DNA of 64,000 nt, from positions 2,976,001 to 3,040,000 of the forward strand of contig CATOCA020000001.1 of NCBI GenBank assembly GCA_951406725.2. Direction: 5' to 3'. Of the stretch, positions 1-13,019 are shown piece after piece. The stretch is from Octopus vulgaris (taxonomy: Eukaryota). Numbering within the stretch: position 1 is the stretch's first letter; every line of letters starts with the position of its first letter. The translations under genes were made by a program, and so were the position numbers. A model generated the notes under the pieces. That model saw nothing but the letters and a program-made list of their open reading frames with translations, searched no databases and had not been told where the DNA came from.

Positions 1-61
1 ACATATATAAACCTATATACATATACACACACACATATATACATGTACATACACATACGTA

Positions 62-125
<64 letters not shown>

Positions 126-704
126 TACATATACACATATACATGTATACATACGCAAAAATGATACACATATATACACATACACACACACAGACAGATG
201 CATATACATACATATATATATATAAATTACATATCTATATAAATACATACATAATACACATATACACACACATATATATACATTCATGCATATACATATA
301 CAAGTATACATACACATACATACACACACACGCGCACACATACATATACACACACACATATACAAATACATACATACACACATACACACACACATATATA
401 TACATACATGTACACATATACATATATATATATATCAACAAGGGAGGGTAAAGTTAATTAGTTATTAATCAATTTCATCAAGTGTTCAGTATGTAAAGGG
501 ACCATTATTATTTTGAGTAAACAATGTTAGAGGGAAAAAAATTCTCTAAGTAGTGGAAGAGGCTAAAAAACTTTATTGGCTGCTATTTCTAGAAAGTTTA
601 GTATGTGGCAAAGTAATTTATTTTATTTTACTAAGCCCTAATTATATAATATTTTATACATACATACACATACATAAACACATACATTTACACATACATA
701 TGCA
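1..704. repeat. Left arm of long inverted repeat (PLE 3' region)
   Basis: Reverse complement of 2461-~3172. The ORF track shows the same peptides on opposite strands (MEEAKKLYWLL at 553+ and 2612-). Confidence 0.95.
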
Positions 705-769
705 TATACATATATACACATATACATACAAACACATATACACATATACACACACACACACATACAAGC

Positions 770-812
<43 letters not shown>

Positions 813-1055
813 AATATATATACATATATATTTTTACATGCATACATACACACACACACACATAATACATGCGTATATTCCTACTGTACCCATGCATTTC
901 TATACATATATACATACATACGATACACATATACAAGCGTGCACATATAATATGTGAAAGGTCTTAGGAGAAAAGGTAATCGTGGGTGCTACGGGAACAG
1001 TGGGGTTGGGGGGGTTGGGGGGGGTTGTAGGGGGGGGTTGTAGGGGGGGTTGTCA

Positions 1056-2460
1056 TCAATCAGGTTGCCGGGTAGGTCTATAGTTCTTGTAGTTCGCATA
1101 CTTCTTATGCATGCAATTTGGGGAGTGTTCTGAAAATTTGTTAAGGAGAGGGCCTTTGGCGAACAAGATCTCTAGGCTCTCTGATATGCATAGGTCACAG
1201 CAGGTATGTCCTCCTGTGTACGAGCGCGCCTTCTGTAGTAGTTTCCACTTGGTCTTGAAGGGGATTGAGTTCCTTTTAAGGTACCAGATGTGGGCGGCGA
1301 GGGTAGTTTGGTTGGATTTATCCTGTCGCCGGAACGAGTGTGTATGTGCGTACCAGCGGGTCTTAAAGCTGTTTGACGTCATTCCAATGTAGGATTTACT
1401 TTTATCGTCAAGGCCTGATCTTACCTCGCATTTATATACTAGGTCCCTCTGTAGGCAGTTGTTGTTGAGGGGGCAGGTGGTTTTATCATGGCAGTTGCAA
1501 TTGCTATCGGACGTTGGATGGGCCCCGGAGAAAGTAGATATGTTAAGTTTTTTCACATTGTTGTTGGCTAGGTTCCTGGCTAGGTTGGGCGTGGTAGAGT
1601 AGGAGAGTCTAATAGTGTTCTTATTTAGGATAGTGTAGTACTTATGTTGGGTGGGGAAGTGTTTCTGTAGGAGAGTGAAAAAGATCTTAGCTACAGGTGT
1701 AGCGACCTCACGGTTGAAGGGGGGTTGTACCAGCTAATGTGTCTTCGTCTATTTTTCCTGGGTTGGCGTGGGGCTATACTAGTGTAGGTAATCTTATCTT
1801 TAAAACCACTGCGGGCCAGGGCCTCGTTGTAATAGGGGGCTGCGGCCTTAAAGATATCTTCCGTGGCGGACAGGCTAGAGATTCTAATTGAGACACTTTT
1901 TACTAGGTTATCTAATATATTTCTGGGGTGGTTGGAATTGATATCTATATATCTAAGGGATTCATTTGGTTTGTGGTACGGGTAATAAAGTGAGGTTTTT
2001 AAGTCGAGGGTGACATCTAGGAAGTTAGCCTTTGTTAAGTTGGATTCTAGGGTAATCCTAAGGCCTAAGTTTTTAAAGAAGGTGTGAAGATTTTTCCGGA
2101 ACCCATCCGTGGTCCTGGGGTTTATATTGTGGAGGGCGAAAAGGCCGTCATCTCGGTAAAGACCACCGGAGAGGCCTGTGAATAGGGTTTTCAGCCTATG
2201 GAGGATGAAAAGGCCCACTAGGTCACTTATTTCAGCAGAGTCGTTAGCACCCATGCTGACGTCGAAGGGGGTCACAGATTTTTTGTTGATCCAGTGGGAT
2301 CCGTCATAGAAAAGAAAAGTCTTACGTGCGTGGAGGATCACATCTTGCTCGGCCTCGGTGATGGTGGAGGACCTCCTGGCGAAGTTAATCGCATCGATCA
2401 GCAAGCTCTCCGATATAGAGGCGTAGTAATCCTCGATATCCAGTTGTAGGAATCGGGTGT
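1056..2460 (-). pseudogene. PLE reverse transcriptase + GIY-YIG endonuclease, 5'-truncated, one frameshift
   Basis: Motif A FLQLDIEDYYASI starts at the 2460 junction, then SMGANDSAEISDLVG, LYRDDG, FLDVTLDL, WYNPP. One base is missing in the G run near 1719-1724. The other frame continues FNREVATPVAKIFFTLLQKHFP...SYSTTPN into CNCHDKTTCPLNNNCL, VYKC, YIGMT, FKTRWYAH, CDLC..E, CMH. Confidence 0.9.
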
Positions 2461-3039
2461 TGCATATGTATGTGTAAATGTATGTGTTTATGTATGTGTA
2501 TGTATGTATAAAATATTATATAATTAGGGCTTAGTAAAATAAAATAAATTACTTTGCCACATACTAAACTTTCTAGAAATAGCAGCCAATAAAGTTTTTT
2601 AGCCTCTTCCACTACTTAGAGAATTTTTTTCCCTCTAACATTGTTTACTCAAAATAATAATGGTCCCTTTACATACTGAACACTTGATGAAATTGATTAA
2701 TAACTAATTAACTTTACCCTCCCTTGTTGATATATATATATATGTATATGTGTACATGTATGTATATATATGTGTGTGTGTATGTGTGTATGTATGTATT
2801 TGTATATGTGTGTGTGTATATGTATGTGTGCGCGTGTGTGTGTATGTATGTGTATGTATACTTGTATATGTATATGCATGAATGTATATATATGTGTGTG
2901 TATATGTGTATTATGTATGTATTTATATAGATATGTAATTTATATATATATATGTATGTATATGCATCTGTCTGTGTGTGTGTATGTGTATATATGTGTA
3001 TCATTTTTGCGTATGTATACATGTATATGTGTATATGTA

Positions 3040-3111
<72 letters not shown>

Positions 3112-3172
3112 TAATAAAGTGTATGTACATGTATATATGTATGTGTGTATATGTATATATGTTTATATATGT
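2461..3172. repeat. Right arm of long inverted repeat (part verifiable within the window)
   Basis: Starts tgcatatgtatgtgtaaatg, the reverse complement of 685-704. The match continues, with small differences, to the window start. Confidence 0.95.
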
Positions 3173-3382
3173 GAGTATGTAGTGATATAAGTATATGCAT
3201 GTGTATATGTGTGTGTGTGTATATATATATATATATGTATGGGTATGTGTATCAGTGTATATGTATATATGTATGTGTGTGTGTATGTATGTATGTATAT
3301 GTGTATATTTGTATGTGTATATGTGTATATATATGATATATATGTGTATGTATGTGTATGTATGTGTATGTGTATGTATGTG

Positions 3383-3438
<56 letters not shown>

Positions 3439-3715
3439 TGCGTGTGTGTATGTATGCATATATGTATGTATGCATGTATATGTGTATGTATATATATGTG
3501 TGTAAGTGTGTGCATAAATGTATATGTAAGTATGTGTGCGCGTATGAGTATGTATGTATGCTTGCACACGTGTATATATATGTGTGTGTGTGTATATATA
3601 TGGATGCGCGTGCGTGTGTGCACGTGTATGGGTACGCATGTATATGTGTATGTGCGTGTATGTGTATACGTGTATGTATGTATGTGTGTGCGTAGATTTG
3701 TATATGTATGTGTGA

Positions 3716-3756
<41 letters not shown>

Positions 3757-3930
3757 TGGGTGTGTGTATGCGTATAAATGCATGTAAGTATGGATGTATG
3801 GATGTATGTATGTATGTATACGTATGTATGTGTGTATGTGTGTAGGTATATATATATGTGTGTATATATGTTTGTGTATGTATATATATGTGTATGTATG
3901 TGTGTGTATATGTATGTGTGTATGTGTATG

Positions 3931-3970
<40 letters not shown>

Positions 3971-4510
3971 TATGTATCTGTATGTAGGAGTATATATGTG
4001 TGTGTGTGTATGTATATGTGTGTATATATATATATATGTATATTTATTGGTGTATATGTATAGACTAGCCTCCTAAAGTGTAGACACGAATCTGTAGGTA
4101 CGAGTACGTATGTGTATATACGTGAACGTATGTAGATGTTTGTATGTATGAATATAACGCGTGCGTACGTGTATGTGTATGAGTGTACGAATGGGTGAAT
4201 GTACGCGCTAATGAGTGTGCGTGCGGGAATGAGTACTTGCCTTCTAGTAGACAGACAAATGGACATGCAGCCATAGCCAGGATTCTTAGCTCTAGCGATC
4301 AAAGATAACAAAAGTAATAAATGAAGATAATAAAATTAAAATTAGGGAATGGGCCTGTATTGGATTGTATATATATATATATATATTATATATATTTGTA
4401 TGTATGTATGTGTGTATGTGTAGGTATGTATAGGTACACATGTGTATGTGTATGTGTATGTATATGTGTGTATGTATGTATGTGCACACATGTATATATA
4501 TGTATGCGTG

Positions 4511-4541
<31 letters not shown>

Positions 4542-4851
4542 GTACATAGGTGTATGTGGGTGTATGTATATATAGGTGTAAATATGTGTATATAGGGAAC
4601 TAGGTGTGTTGTGTGTGCATGAGTGTATGTGCGTATGAATATATATTTTTCTGTGTATATATGTATGTGTGGTCGTGGGTATATATATATATATACATGT
4701 GTGTATGCGTGCATGCATGGGAGTGAGTGTATGCATATATACGTGTGTGTATGTGTAGACAGGTATAGGCATGTGCATGTGTATAAATTTGTATATGTGG
4801 GCGGGTGTATGTATGTGTGTATGTAGATATGTATGTATGTGTGTATGTATG

Positions 4852-4910
<59 letters not shown>

Positions 4911-5250
4911 ATATATATATGTGTGTGTAGATACGTATACATGTGTGTATAGGTATAAGTGAGAATCTCCTTATTTACCTATAACTCTATCCCCCCTTTT
5001 TTTATATATATATTTTTATATATATATATTTTTTATATATATTTTTTATTTTTTTATATATTTTTTTATTTTTTTATTTTTTTATTTTTTTATTTTTTAT
5101 TTATCTATTCTTTCATCTAACTTACCACTGACTCCTTGACCACTCCCCCAAGTATGATATTTTGCGCTATGCCTACCCCCAAAAAGTCCCCCACCACCAC
5201 TCCTTTAAACCTGCCTAAATGTATAAATGCTAATACAATTCTTGTTAAAT

Positions 5251-5301
5251 AGCTTCCTGAAGATTTCTCTTGAATGAAACAGTACTAGTCCTGTAGAAGC
5301 T
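5251..5301 (+). ncRNA. Type I hammerhead ribozyme (PLE-associated)
   Basis: Stem I AGCTTC/GAAGCT; core CTGAAGA (5257-5263); short stem II ttc-tctt-gaa; GAAAC (5276-5280); stem III ACAG/CTGT enclosing palindromic ACTAGT; cleavage triplet GTA (5293-5295). Confidence 0.85.
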
Positions 5302-5306
5302 CCTTC

Positions 5307-5349
<43 letters not shown>

Positions 5350-5406
5350 TATATACATACACACATATATACATACATATATACATACATATATACATAC
5401 ATATAT

Positions 5407-5478
<72 letters not shown>

Positions 5479-5479
5479 C

Positions 5480-6947
5480 TTAGAATAACTTAGAAAGGTT
5501 TTGGCCAGTATTGGCCCAGGCCATGTCTAACTTAATAGCACCACCTGGCGAAGTCTTTCAATTCAGGATTTGGGCACCAAGGCCCATTCGAGCAGACAGT
5601 TATTGTTTGCGGAGACATATCTTGGTGTGGGTGGTTTGTCCGGGACTGTTTGAAGGAATTTGTCCAAAGACTTCCTTGAATTTTGTGTTGTCAGTTTCTG
5701 TTTTGACGTGTCCTGGTGTAATGTTGAAGAGAGCGGGTCCAATGGAGATGAAATGATTGTGCCGTATTGTTGTTATGAGATGTGATTTAGATTTTTGTTG
5801 TGGACGGATGGCACGTGGTCCAAGCCTTGGATGTATTTTGAAGGTGATGCCAACATCATTCGGACAGTGCTGATGGAATATTTTCCACATCATACAGATA
5901 ATTTAGCGTTCACGGCGTCGTTGGAGTGAAAACAGTTTCAGTTTCTTTAGTCTACCCCAGTAGTCAAGGTCTGACATGCCATCTATCTTTTTCCTGATTG
6001 ACCTTTGGGGAGCTTCAATTCTCATAATATTTTGTTTTGTGTAGGGAGACCACAGTGGACAGTAGTATTCAAAGTGGGGTCGGGCAAAAGTGGAGAAGAG
6101 AAGGATAATGGTGTGGGAATCTCTCGACTGGAAGGTTCTGAGAATCCAGGAACACATTCTGCGGGCCATATCAACTTTGCTGCTTATATGTGTAGCCCAG
6201 CTTATGTTGTTGTCCACTGTTACTCCCAAGTCTCTGATGTTGTTAGACGCCATGAGAATTTCTCCAGAAGGAAGAGAGTATGGGAGTTTTAGAGCGTCCT
6301 CCCTTCCAAAGTGGATCAGTTCGAATTTGTCTTCGTTTAGTAACATGTTATTCTTTTCCGCCCATTGGAGAACAGCCAGTAGGTCTGACTGAAGGCTTAT
6401 TCGGTCAAACACGCCATTGATGACCTTCTGGAGCTTGGAATCATCAGCGAAAGTTCTGATGTTATTGTGTTTCATGGTGTCAGTAATATCATTTATGTAG
6501 ATGATGAAGAGAAGTGGGTCCAACACAGTGCCGTGTGGGACACCACTGCTGACTTTGGCTGGGCTGGATTTGACTCCTTCGACTACAACATGTTGGGTTC
6601 TGTTAGACAGGAAGCCCTTGATCCACCGCAGCAGCTTTCCAGTGACACCAATATTGGACAGCTTTCTCAAAAGGATCTTATGATCAACCCTGTCAAAGGC
6701 CTTGCTGAAATCGAGGAAGATGACATCAGTGTTGGAGCCCTCTCCCAAGGCTCTCAAAATGACATCAAAATGATGCAGTAGCTGCGTCAGGCAATCTCTT
6801 CCATTACGGAATCCATGCTGGTTGGAGTTCAGCATATTATGACTCTCAAGGAAGGGAGTCATACGCGATCTCAGCACTCTCTCAAATACCTTAATGATAT
6901 GAGAGGTGAGTGAGATTGGACGGTAATTCACGGCAAGCGATTTGTTT
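5480..6947 (-). mobile_element. CR1/Jockey-group LINE, 5'-truncated (RT and C-terminus), flanked by (TA)n
   Basis: ORF 5903-6931: NYRPISLTS, QHGFR, DFSKAFD, SGVPHGTVLDP, FADDSKL, DLGV, LWSPY, SLQRRRER. Frameshifted continuation in 5600-5893. Confidence 0.9.
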
Positions 6948-6983
<36 letters not shown>

Positions 6984-7129
6984 CAAAGCAATTAAGATTC
7001 AAGTAACTTCCAATGAATTTACTTGAATGTGGTACTTAACTTAGATGCACCAGAAAAACTATATGGTGTTATCCATACAGTAATGTGGGGTGATTATAAA
7101 CGAGAAAGAAGCAACAGGAATGGATTGGT

Positions 7130-7220
7130 TTTTAGTACAATTGTTTCATACAAAGACAGGCTTTATTACAAGTTGCAAAAATTGCAGCAGATAAAAGTGT
7201 CCCGTACTCATCAGCTAAAA
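7130..7220 (-). ncRNA. Type I hammerhead ribozyme
   Basis: Minus strand reads TTTTAG CTGATGA gtacgggaca...tgtctttgtat GAAAC AATT GTA CTAAAA: 6-bp stem I, full core, minimal stem III within palindrome ACAATTGT. Confidence 0.85.
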
Positions 7221-7454
7221 TACATTTGTGTTCTCTAGACATCTTAGTGGGTGAGGTTATACTCATGAAATATTGGAGATAGTTCCATTAGAGGCAGATA
7301 TAGGTTGTAAACAGTTTTCCAAAGTTCCTTAATGATGATGCACAGTCTTATCACAGATTTTTAAAAGCTTATTAGTTTCGAAGAGAAGATGAATCAATCC
7401 ATAGTGTGGATTTAAATTTCCAGAGATATCTCTGGAAATTTCTGCCAACACGCC

Positions 7455-7611
7455 ACCTTCTTTCAGTTTCTGTCTACCAAATCCACTCCCAAGGCTGTGC
7501 TTGGTCTGGGGATGTAGTAGAAGACACTTGCCCAAGGTGCCACACAGTGGGACTGAACCCAGGATCATATGAGTGGGAAGCCAACTTCCCAACCACAAAG
7601 CCACACCTGCA
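7455..7611 (-). mobile_element. tRNA-derived SINE, 5' part
   Basis: Minus strand gcaggtgtggctttgtggttgg...gggttcagtcccactgtgtggcaccttgggcaagtgtc has A/B-box-like motifs. Homologous to 25670-25830. Confidence 0.75.
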
Positions 7612-8169
7612 CTCATGGCTTCTAATAATTAATTAGCATTAAGAGATGCAAATTAATAAACTTTGGCCCAAACCATGACTAAAAGTTAACAAAATTCATT
7701 CAGTCTCCTTTCATCGCATCAACCATCGAATGAGAAACCATTTCGAAAGAAAGAAAAAAGCTTTTCAACTTTTATTGTTCTTTACTGTTTTTTATTATTT
7801 GTTTGTCTTTTTAATGAACTTATCTTTTGGTATCTGAGGGGTTTTGGTCAAACTTCCGCCACTGCCATCACCAACACCACCAGTGAAAAGTACAGAAGTA
7901 CAAGTCTGAATAAAATCAAATAAAACTCTGAAATCAGTGCTCCAGTATGGCCACAGTCTGATTGGAACCAGTTAAAAAATAAAAGGAAATGTCAGAAGTG
8001 AGTGATGTAGTCTTGACATGATCAGGTTCGGTGTGAGCATTCCGTTGTTAGAACCATGACTAATTAATTCAGAGTTCTGTATTAGTTTAGATAACTCCAT
8101 GGTGTTGAAGGTGACGTGGCGGAGGAGGACGTGTTTCTGAGCTCTGTTGAGTCATTGAGGGCTTTTATG

Positions 8170-8290
8170 GGTTACAAGCCAAGTGAGACCATAACCTCAT
8201 GGCCTATGCCAGCAGGTGTAACCAGCCTACTTATGCGTACCTTTCCTTCATTGGACACTAAACTCTGCTTGCGAAGACCTGTTGAGGCTC
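8170..8290. repeat. Fragment of the repeat family seen at 10960-11087, opposite orientation
   Basis: caagtgagaccataacc...acttatgcgtacc...gaagacctgttgaggc is the diverged reverse complement of 10966-11073. Confidence 0.65.
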
Positions 8291-8431
8291 ACTGTCCAAG
8301 GCTACGACCCCCCAATGAGCGCTATGGCGGCCAGGGCTCGGCTCGGCTATATACAAATATAGGTGTGTGTGTATGTGTATATATATATATGTATATACAA
8401 ATATATGTGTATATGTGTATGTTTATACGGT

Positions 8432-9025
8432 TTGGATTTCTATTAACAACAACCACCTGCATGATTAGCAATAAAATAATTCGTTTTTTTGGTGGCTGGG
8501 TGTCAGAAAATTTGAACTAGTCTGCTGGGTTTAACTTTTAGATTAGTCATGCGTTGCTAAAGAGGAGGGTAATTTAGATAAATTTTATAAAGGCAGTACA
8601 GTAGGCATAGGGCCCACATGAATTTGTTTTCGAATGAAAAATACTTTAATTCTACTACACTTGCCTCTTATATACATGGTTTAAAGAGTAATGAGAAAAG
8701 ATATTCTTTGGAATGGTCTGTTATTTTGAGGGACCCTTACTTCAGAGTAAATATAAATAAGTATAAGTTATGTGTTAAGGAATCCCTTCCATCCTTAAGT
8801 TTTTGGGCCCAAAACTTTAAATTTGCTGAGGTGATCCCTTTCTGCAACCATAGGTTTTCATCTACTCTTTGAAAGGGTATAGAAATAAAAATGGTTGTAA
8901 TAAAATTGTATAGGCTTACGGGAATTTGAAACCGGCCCGTTTGAATTTCTATTAACGACAACCAATTGCATGTTTAAGTAATGAAATAATGTTGTTTTTC
9001 TTTTGTGGGTGTTAGAAAATTTGAA
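8432..9025 (+). mobile_element. Decayed PLE endonuclease fragment between two short direct repeats
   Basis: ORF 8618-8872 STTLASYIHGLK...LEWSVI...KLCVKES...CNH parallels the GIY-YIG C-terminus at 1056-1400. Direct repeats at ~8432-8516 and ~8941-9025. Confidence 0.65.
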
Positions 9026-9136
9026 TAGCATTGTCAATGCGAGTTGTGCATTGTTGTACTTTGGATAATGTTATATTTTTGAGATTTGTTAATTGTTGTT
9101 AATGTTGTTTCTTTTTCTTCCCCATTTTTGGGTGAA

Positions 9137-10370
9137 ATGGAGGAAAAACGAATAGGCAGTTACACCGCGGTGGCGGGCAAAAGCCTGCCAGCTGACATTC
9201 TGCGATTGAAAGAATTTGTGTTGGAGCAGAAGGATTTCGGAAAGTACAAGGATTATTTAAAAAGAGGGAGACTGCCTTAGGCTGATACCCCCGGGAGAAG
9301 CGATGGAAAGAGCAGAGAGGAAAATAATAATATACAGAATGCTGGATGTAGAAACAAAAAGAGTGGAAGTAGCAGATGAATGCCTGAGCGAAGTGAAGGG
9401 AGTAACGAGGTTTTATACTCGTGGAAGGAAGTATGGCACGGTGGAGGTTCACTTCGTGAATGAGGAGGAAACGAAAAAGTACTCCACGATGCTGTTGAGA
9501 TCAGCCAGGTGGGCACTTTTGCCAACCTAATGTGGTAAAAGAGTGGCAAGAGTACAGATAGGGAGAGTGCCACCCAAAATAGAGGAGGAATGGCTGTTGG
9601 AAGCTATCCTGTACAACTGTGAGGAGGAGACCAAGATTATCAAGGTGGCAAAATTGGCTGAGATAAACTGATGGGGATTTAGACTGGAAATCTTGATCCA
9701 TATAACCCTGCTTGACTTGCACAAGATAGCAGAGGAGTTGGTGCTCCCCGATGACACCCGGCTGAGAATTGTGGTGGAAGGGAAGCCTCCAGTATGTTAT
9801 AATTGCGGTACAAGAGGACACATGAAGGCAAGGTGTCCCCAGAGACGAGGAAAGAACAGAGAACTAAGCAGAGGTGGAGGAAGTAATAGTGGTGGAGGAA
9901 AAGGAGGAGGAAATAGGGGGCAGAAAAAGAACAAGTGCGGAGTCACTGCCAAAACTGAAAAAGAAGAAAAAAGCGGTAAAAGTACAAGAGAAAAAATTAG
10001 TAGAGAAAAGAGGCGAGTGAAAATCGAACCCCAGAGCCAACAACAAGAAGGAGAGAAGAAATAGACAAAGAGGAGAAATATGAGGAGTGGAAAGGGGAAG
10101 TAAGGAGGAGAATGGAATATGTGAGGCAAAGAAAGCAGCCGACTGAATGATGATAATTTACGATAAGATTGTGTGAATTGAGGAAAAGATTGCAAAGGTG
10201 AAGAATTTAATAAGAGTAAGACTGGATGAAGAGGTGTTTGGTAGCGAGGAAAGAGCAGTACTGTTGGAGAGAGAGAGAGTCGAGAAATTGACGGAATTGT
10301 TTGGAACAAGAATAAGGAAAACTGGACTGTACATTTCAAAGAAAGCAACGAGAATGAAATTCTTTGAAAA
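9137..10370 (+). pseudogene. LINE (L1/Tx1-like) ORF1 remnant with CCHC zinc knuckle
   Basis: Broken reading frames: MEEKRIGSYTAVAG..., GTVEVHF, LRIVVEGKPPVCYNCGTRGHMKARCP, then a Lys/Glu-rich tail. Stops and frameshifts present. Confidence 0.7.
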
Positions 10371-10547
10371 ACCAAAAAAAAAAAAAAAAAAAGAAAATTT
10401 TTTTTCGAGGATATTGTTTACTTTAATATTTGTGTCTTTGTGAAATAGATGTTGGTTGGATTATGTTCTTCATTATCTTTGTATTAATGGCGGTGGAGAA
10501 GGATGGCGTTCCAGTGTCTTTTGTTTATTTTAACTCATTAAATTCAT

Positions 10548-11087
10548 AATCATCATTATCGTTTAGCGTCCGCTTTCCATGCTGGCATGGGTTGGACGGT
10601 TCAACTGGGGTCTGGGAAGCCAGCAGGCCCAGTCTGATCTGGCAATGTTTCTACGGCTGGATGCCCTTCCTAACGCCAACCACTCCTTGAGTGTAGTGGG
10701 TGCTTTTTACGTGCCACCGGCACAGGTGCCAGACCCGTCTGGCAAACGGCCACGATTGGATGGTGCTTTTTACGTGCCACCGGCAACGGGGCCAGGCGAG
10801 TCTGGCAAATGGCCACGAACGGATGGTGCTTTTTACGTGCCACCGGCACGAGGCCAGTCGGGGCGGCGCTGGCAACAGCCACGTTCGGATGGTTCTCTTA
10901 CGTGCCACCGGCACTAGTATCACAGCTGCAATTTCCATTGATGCTGATCGATTACGATTCTCACTTGCCTCAACAGGTCTTCACAAGTAGAGTTTTGTGT
11001 CCCAAGAAGGAGCGGTATGCATAAGTGGACTGGCTACATCCCGTGTAGAGGCCACGGGTTATGGTCTCACTTGTCCTGCCGGGTCTT
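10548..11087 (-). mobile_element. Non-autonomous retroposon (RTE-like tail) with internal ~63-nt tandem repeats
   Basis: Four copies of ggtgctttttacgtgccaccggca at ~10699, 10762, 10825 and 10891. (ATG)n-like tail on the - strand at ~10548. Confidence 0.65.
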
Positions 11088-13019
11088 GTGTAATTAAAAT
11101 TACTTCATCAGTAAATGAAGGATTTAAAATATTCTTCCTTCCCCCCATCCCCATCCACTCTAATACTCCAATATAAATATCTTTTATAGGTAATTCCAGC
11201 CTGAAGAATTCAATATGTTATATAATAATAATAATAATAATAATAATGATTTTAGTCAGTTGTCTGTTTGCTCAACAATATCAAAAATATGTTTGGGAAA
11301 TTATTGGCAGATACATTCGTTTGCTTCCTGGAAAACTGAAAATTGAGAATAATTTTTTAGCCTGAAGAGAAGGTGTGGAAGGATGAGCGGGAGGAGAGGT
11401 GGTGGTCATGGGGAAGACTCTTGTAAAGGATTATTCCTGTTGAAATTAAGTAATGAGATTATTAACTGAAAACATGTAAACTTGTCTTGTTCAATTATCA
11501 ATGTCCCTTAAGTGTTGCATTATCTACACAAGTGCAATCTCTGAAATAATTTGAAAACAGCTAAATTGAATTGAGAAGAAATAATTAAATTAAAAACAGA
11601 AGACATTGATAATGCTTGTTCTTTTCTGAAGAATTATATTTGACAGAAGGAATTACACAATGTTGTTGTTATTAACAATGCTGTTCAAATATTTGCTTTT
11701 AAATTTCTCATTTCTATATTAAAAAATATATAACACTGCTCCTAATGAAAACTGTTTTTCTTTTCTTTTTATCTTGCTTTAAATTTTTAAATTTAAAAAT
11801 CAAACAAAATGTATTAAGGGGGTAAAACGTAGTGACTTCATACAAAATTTTAATATGAAACAAATTCACAAACTGGAATAAAAACAAAAAAATTATCATA
11901 CTTCAAATAAACTTGCAGACATAAGTCCATTAAAGGCATCATTATGAAAACATATTCAAAATTTGGTTATTAATAACCAAATAGTAGAAACCGATTGACA
12001 AGATGAGACATTTCAAATAGATTTTTTATAATGAACTGCTGTCAAATGTAAATAAAGGAAATGTTAACACAGGAGATAATGACTGCGAACGATCTGCTAA
12101 TTAAAGTGCAATTAGCAACATGGGTGATGGTTTAATTAGCAACACTCACTGGTAAAGAAAAACAGGGATTACCTCCCTTGCCTTTCAACTCCATCCAAGC
12201 ATGTTCCATGCATTAAATACCTGCCAGTTGTTACTTGGGGATTCGACAGGATTGTTAGCGGATTGCTTAGAATGTATTGAAGTAGTCATTCTGGCATTCT
12301 GTGCCCTGAGTTCAAATCCCATCAACGTCAACTTTGCTTTTTCATTCTTTCAATACAACATCAGGTACTGAAAGGAATACATCATTATATTTTGCACTCT
12401 CTCATTCTCTCTCTCTCTCTCTCTCTTCTTTCTCTCTCTCACTCTTTCTCTCTCTCTCTCTCTATCTCTCTCTTTCCTTGAAAGATTTCTACTGTGGTTT
12501 GACAGAGAGAGGGGTTAACTACATCATGTTTTAAATACCCAAATATGAGTGTGAGGAAGGCGTCCTTATGATTCTGACAACATATGATGACTGAAGACAG
12601 GGAATGGATATGAATAGACCCCCTCATCAATAGATATACCCAATACTCAATCCTATTGAACAACCACAGTTATCTGTGGTAGTAGTAAGTACATCAGATA
12701 AAAATGCTATCTGATGCGTCTACTGAAAATCTAAGCAGGGTCCTGTCAAACTGTTCCTGTCTATTTATTTGCACAAGCTAATAATGAACCAATGAGAGAT
12801 CGTGTATGTGGTGGTTAGGTCTGTTAGATGTAGCAGCCACATCTGCCTCGTATCTTAAAACAAGGACATGTGAACTCACATGGTTATATGGTCATTGCAA
12901 ATAGGAAAAAGACAGGATGGTCACAGCTAGAATGCTTTTGATCTCAGGCCTGCGCAGTCAGGGTTGACCAAGGGCTAAACAGCACATTTTATTATTAGTA
13001 TTGTTGTTGTTATTGTTGT

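Larger units (their letters stand above)
1..5310 (-). mobile_element. Penelope-like retroelement (C-terminal GIY-YIG type, resembling the Hydra clade), 5'-truncated, with an inverted copy of its 3' region
   Basis: RT and GIY-YIG coding on the - strand at 1056-2460. Bases 2461 onward are the reverse complement of 704 back to 1. A hammerhead lies at 5251-5301 in the sense orientation of the inverted copy, followed by (TA)n. Extending the element to 5310 is inferred. Confidence 0.8.

Noticed and set aside
1056-2460. Selenoprotein-type (Naiad) PLE
   Set aside because: The endonuclease is C-terminal and no in-frame TGA codons interrupt the RT or EN ORFs.
13-5414. Many ORFs rich in YI/HT/CV repeats
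   Set aside because: Translations of TA/CA microsatellites; no coding signal.
10697-10915. CRISPR-like repeat/spacer appearance
   Set aside because: Spacers are homologous to each other, the context is eukaryotic and there are no cas genes; it is an internal tandem repeat of a retroposon.
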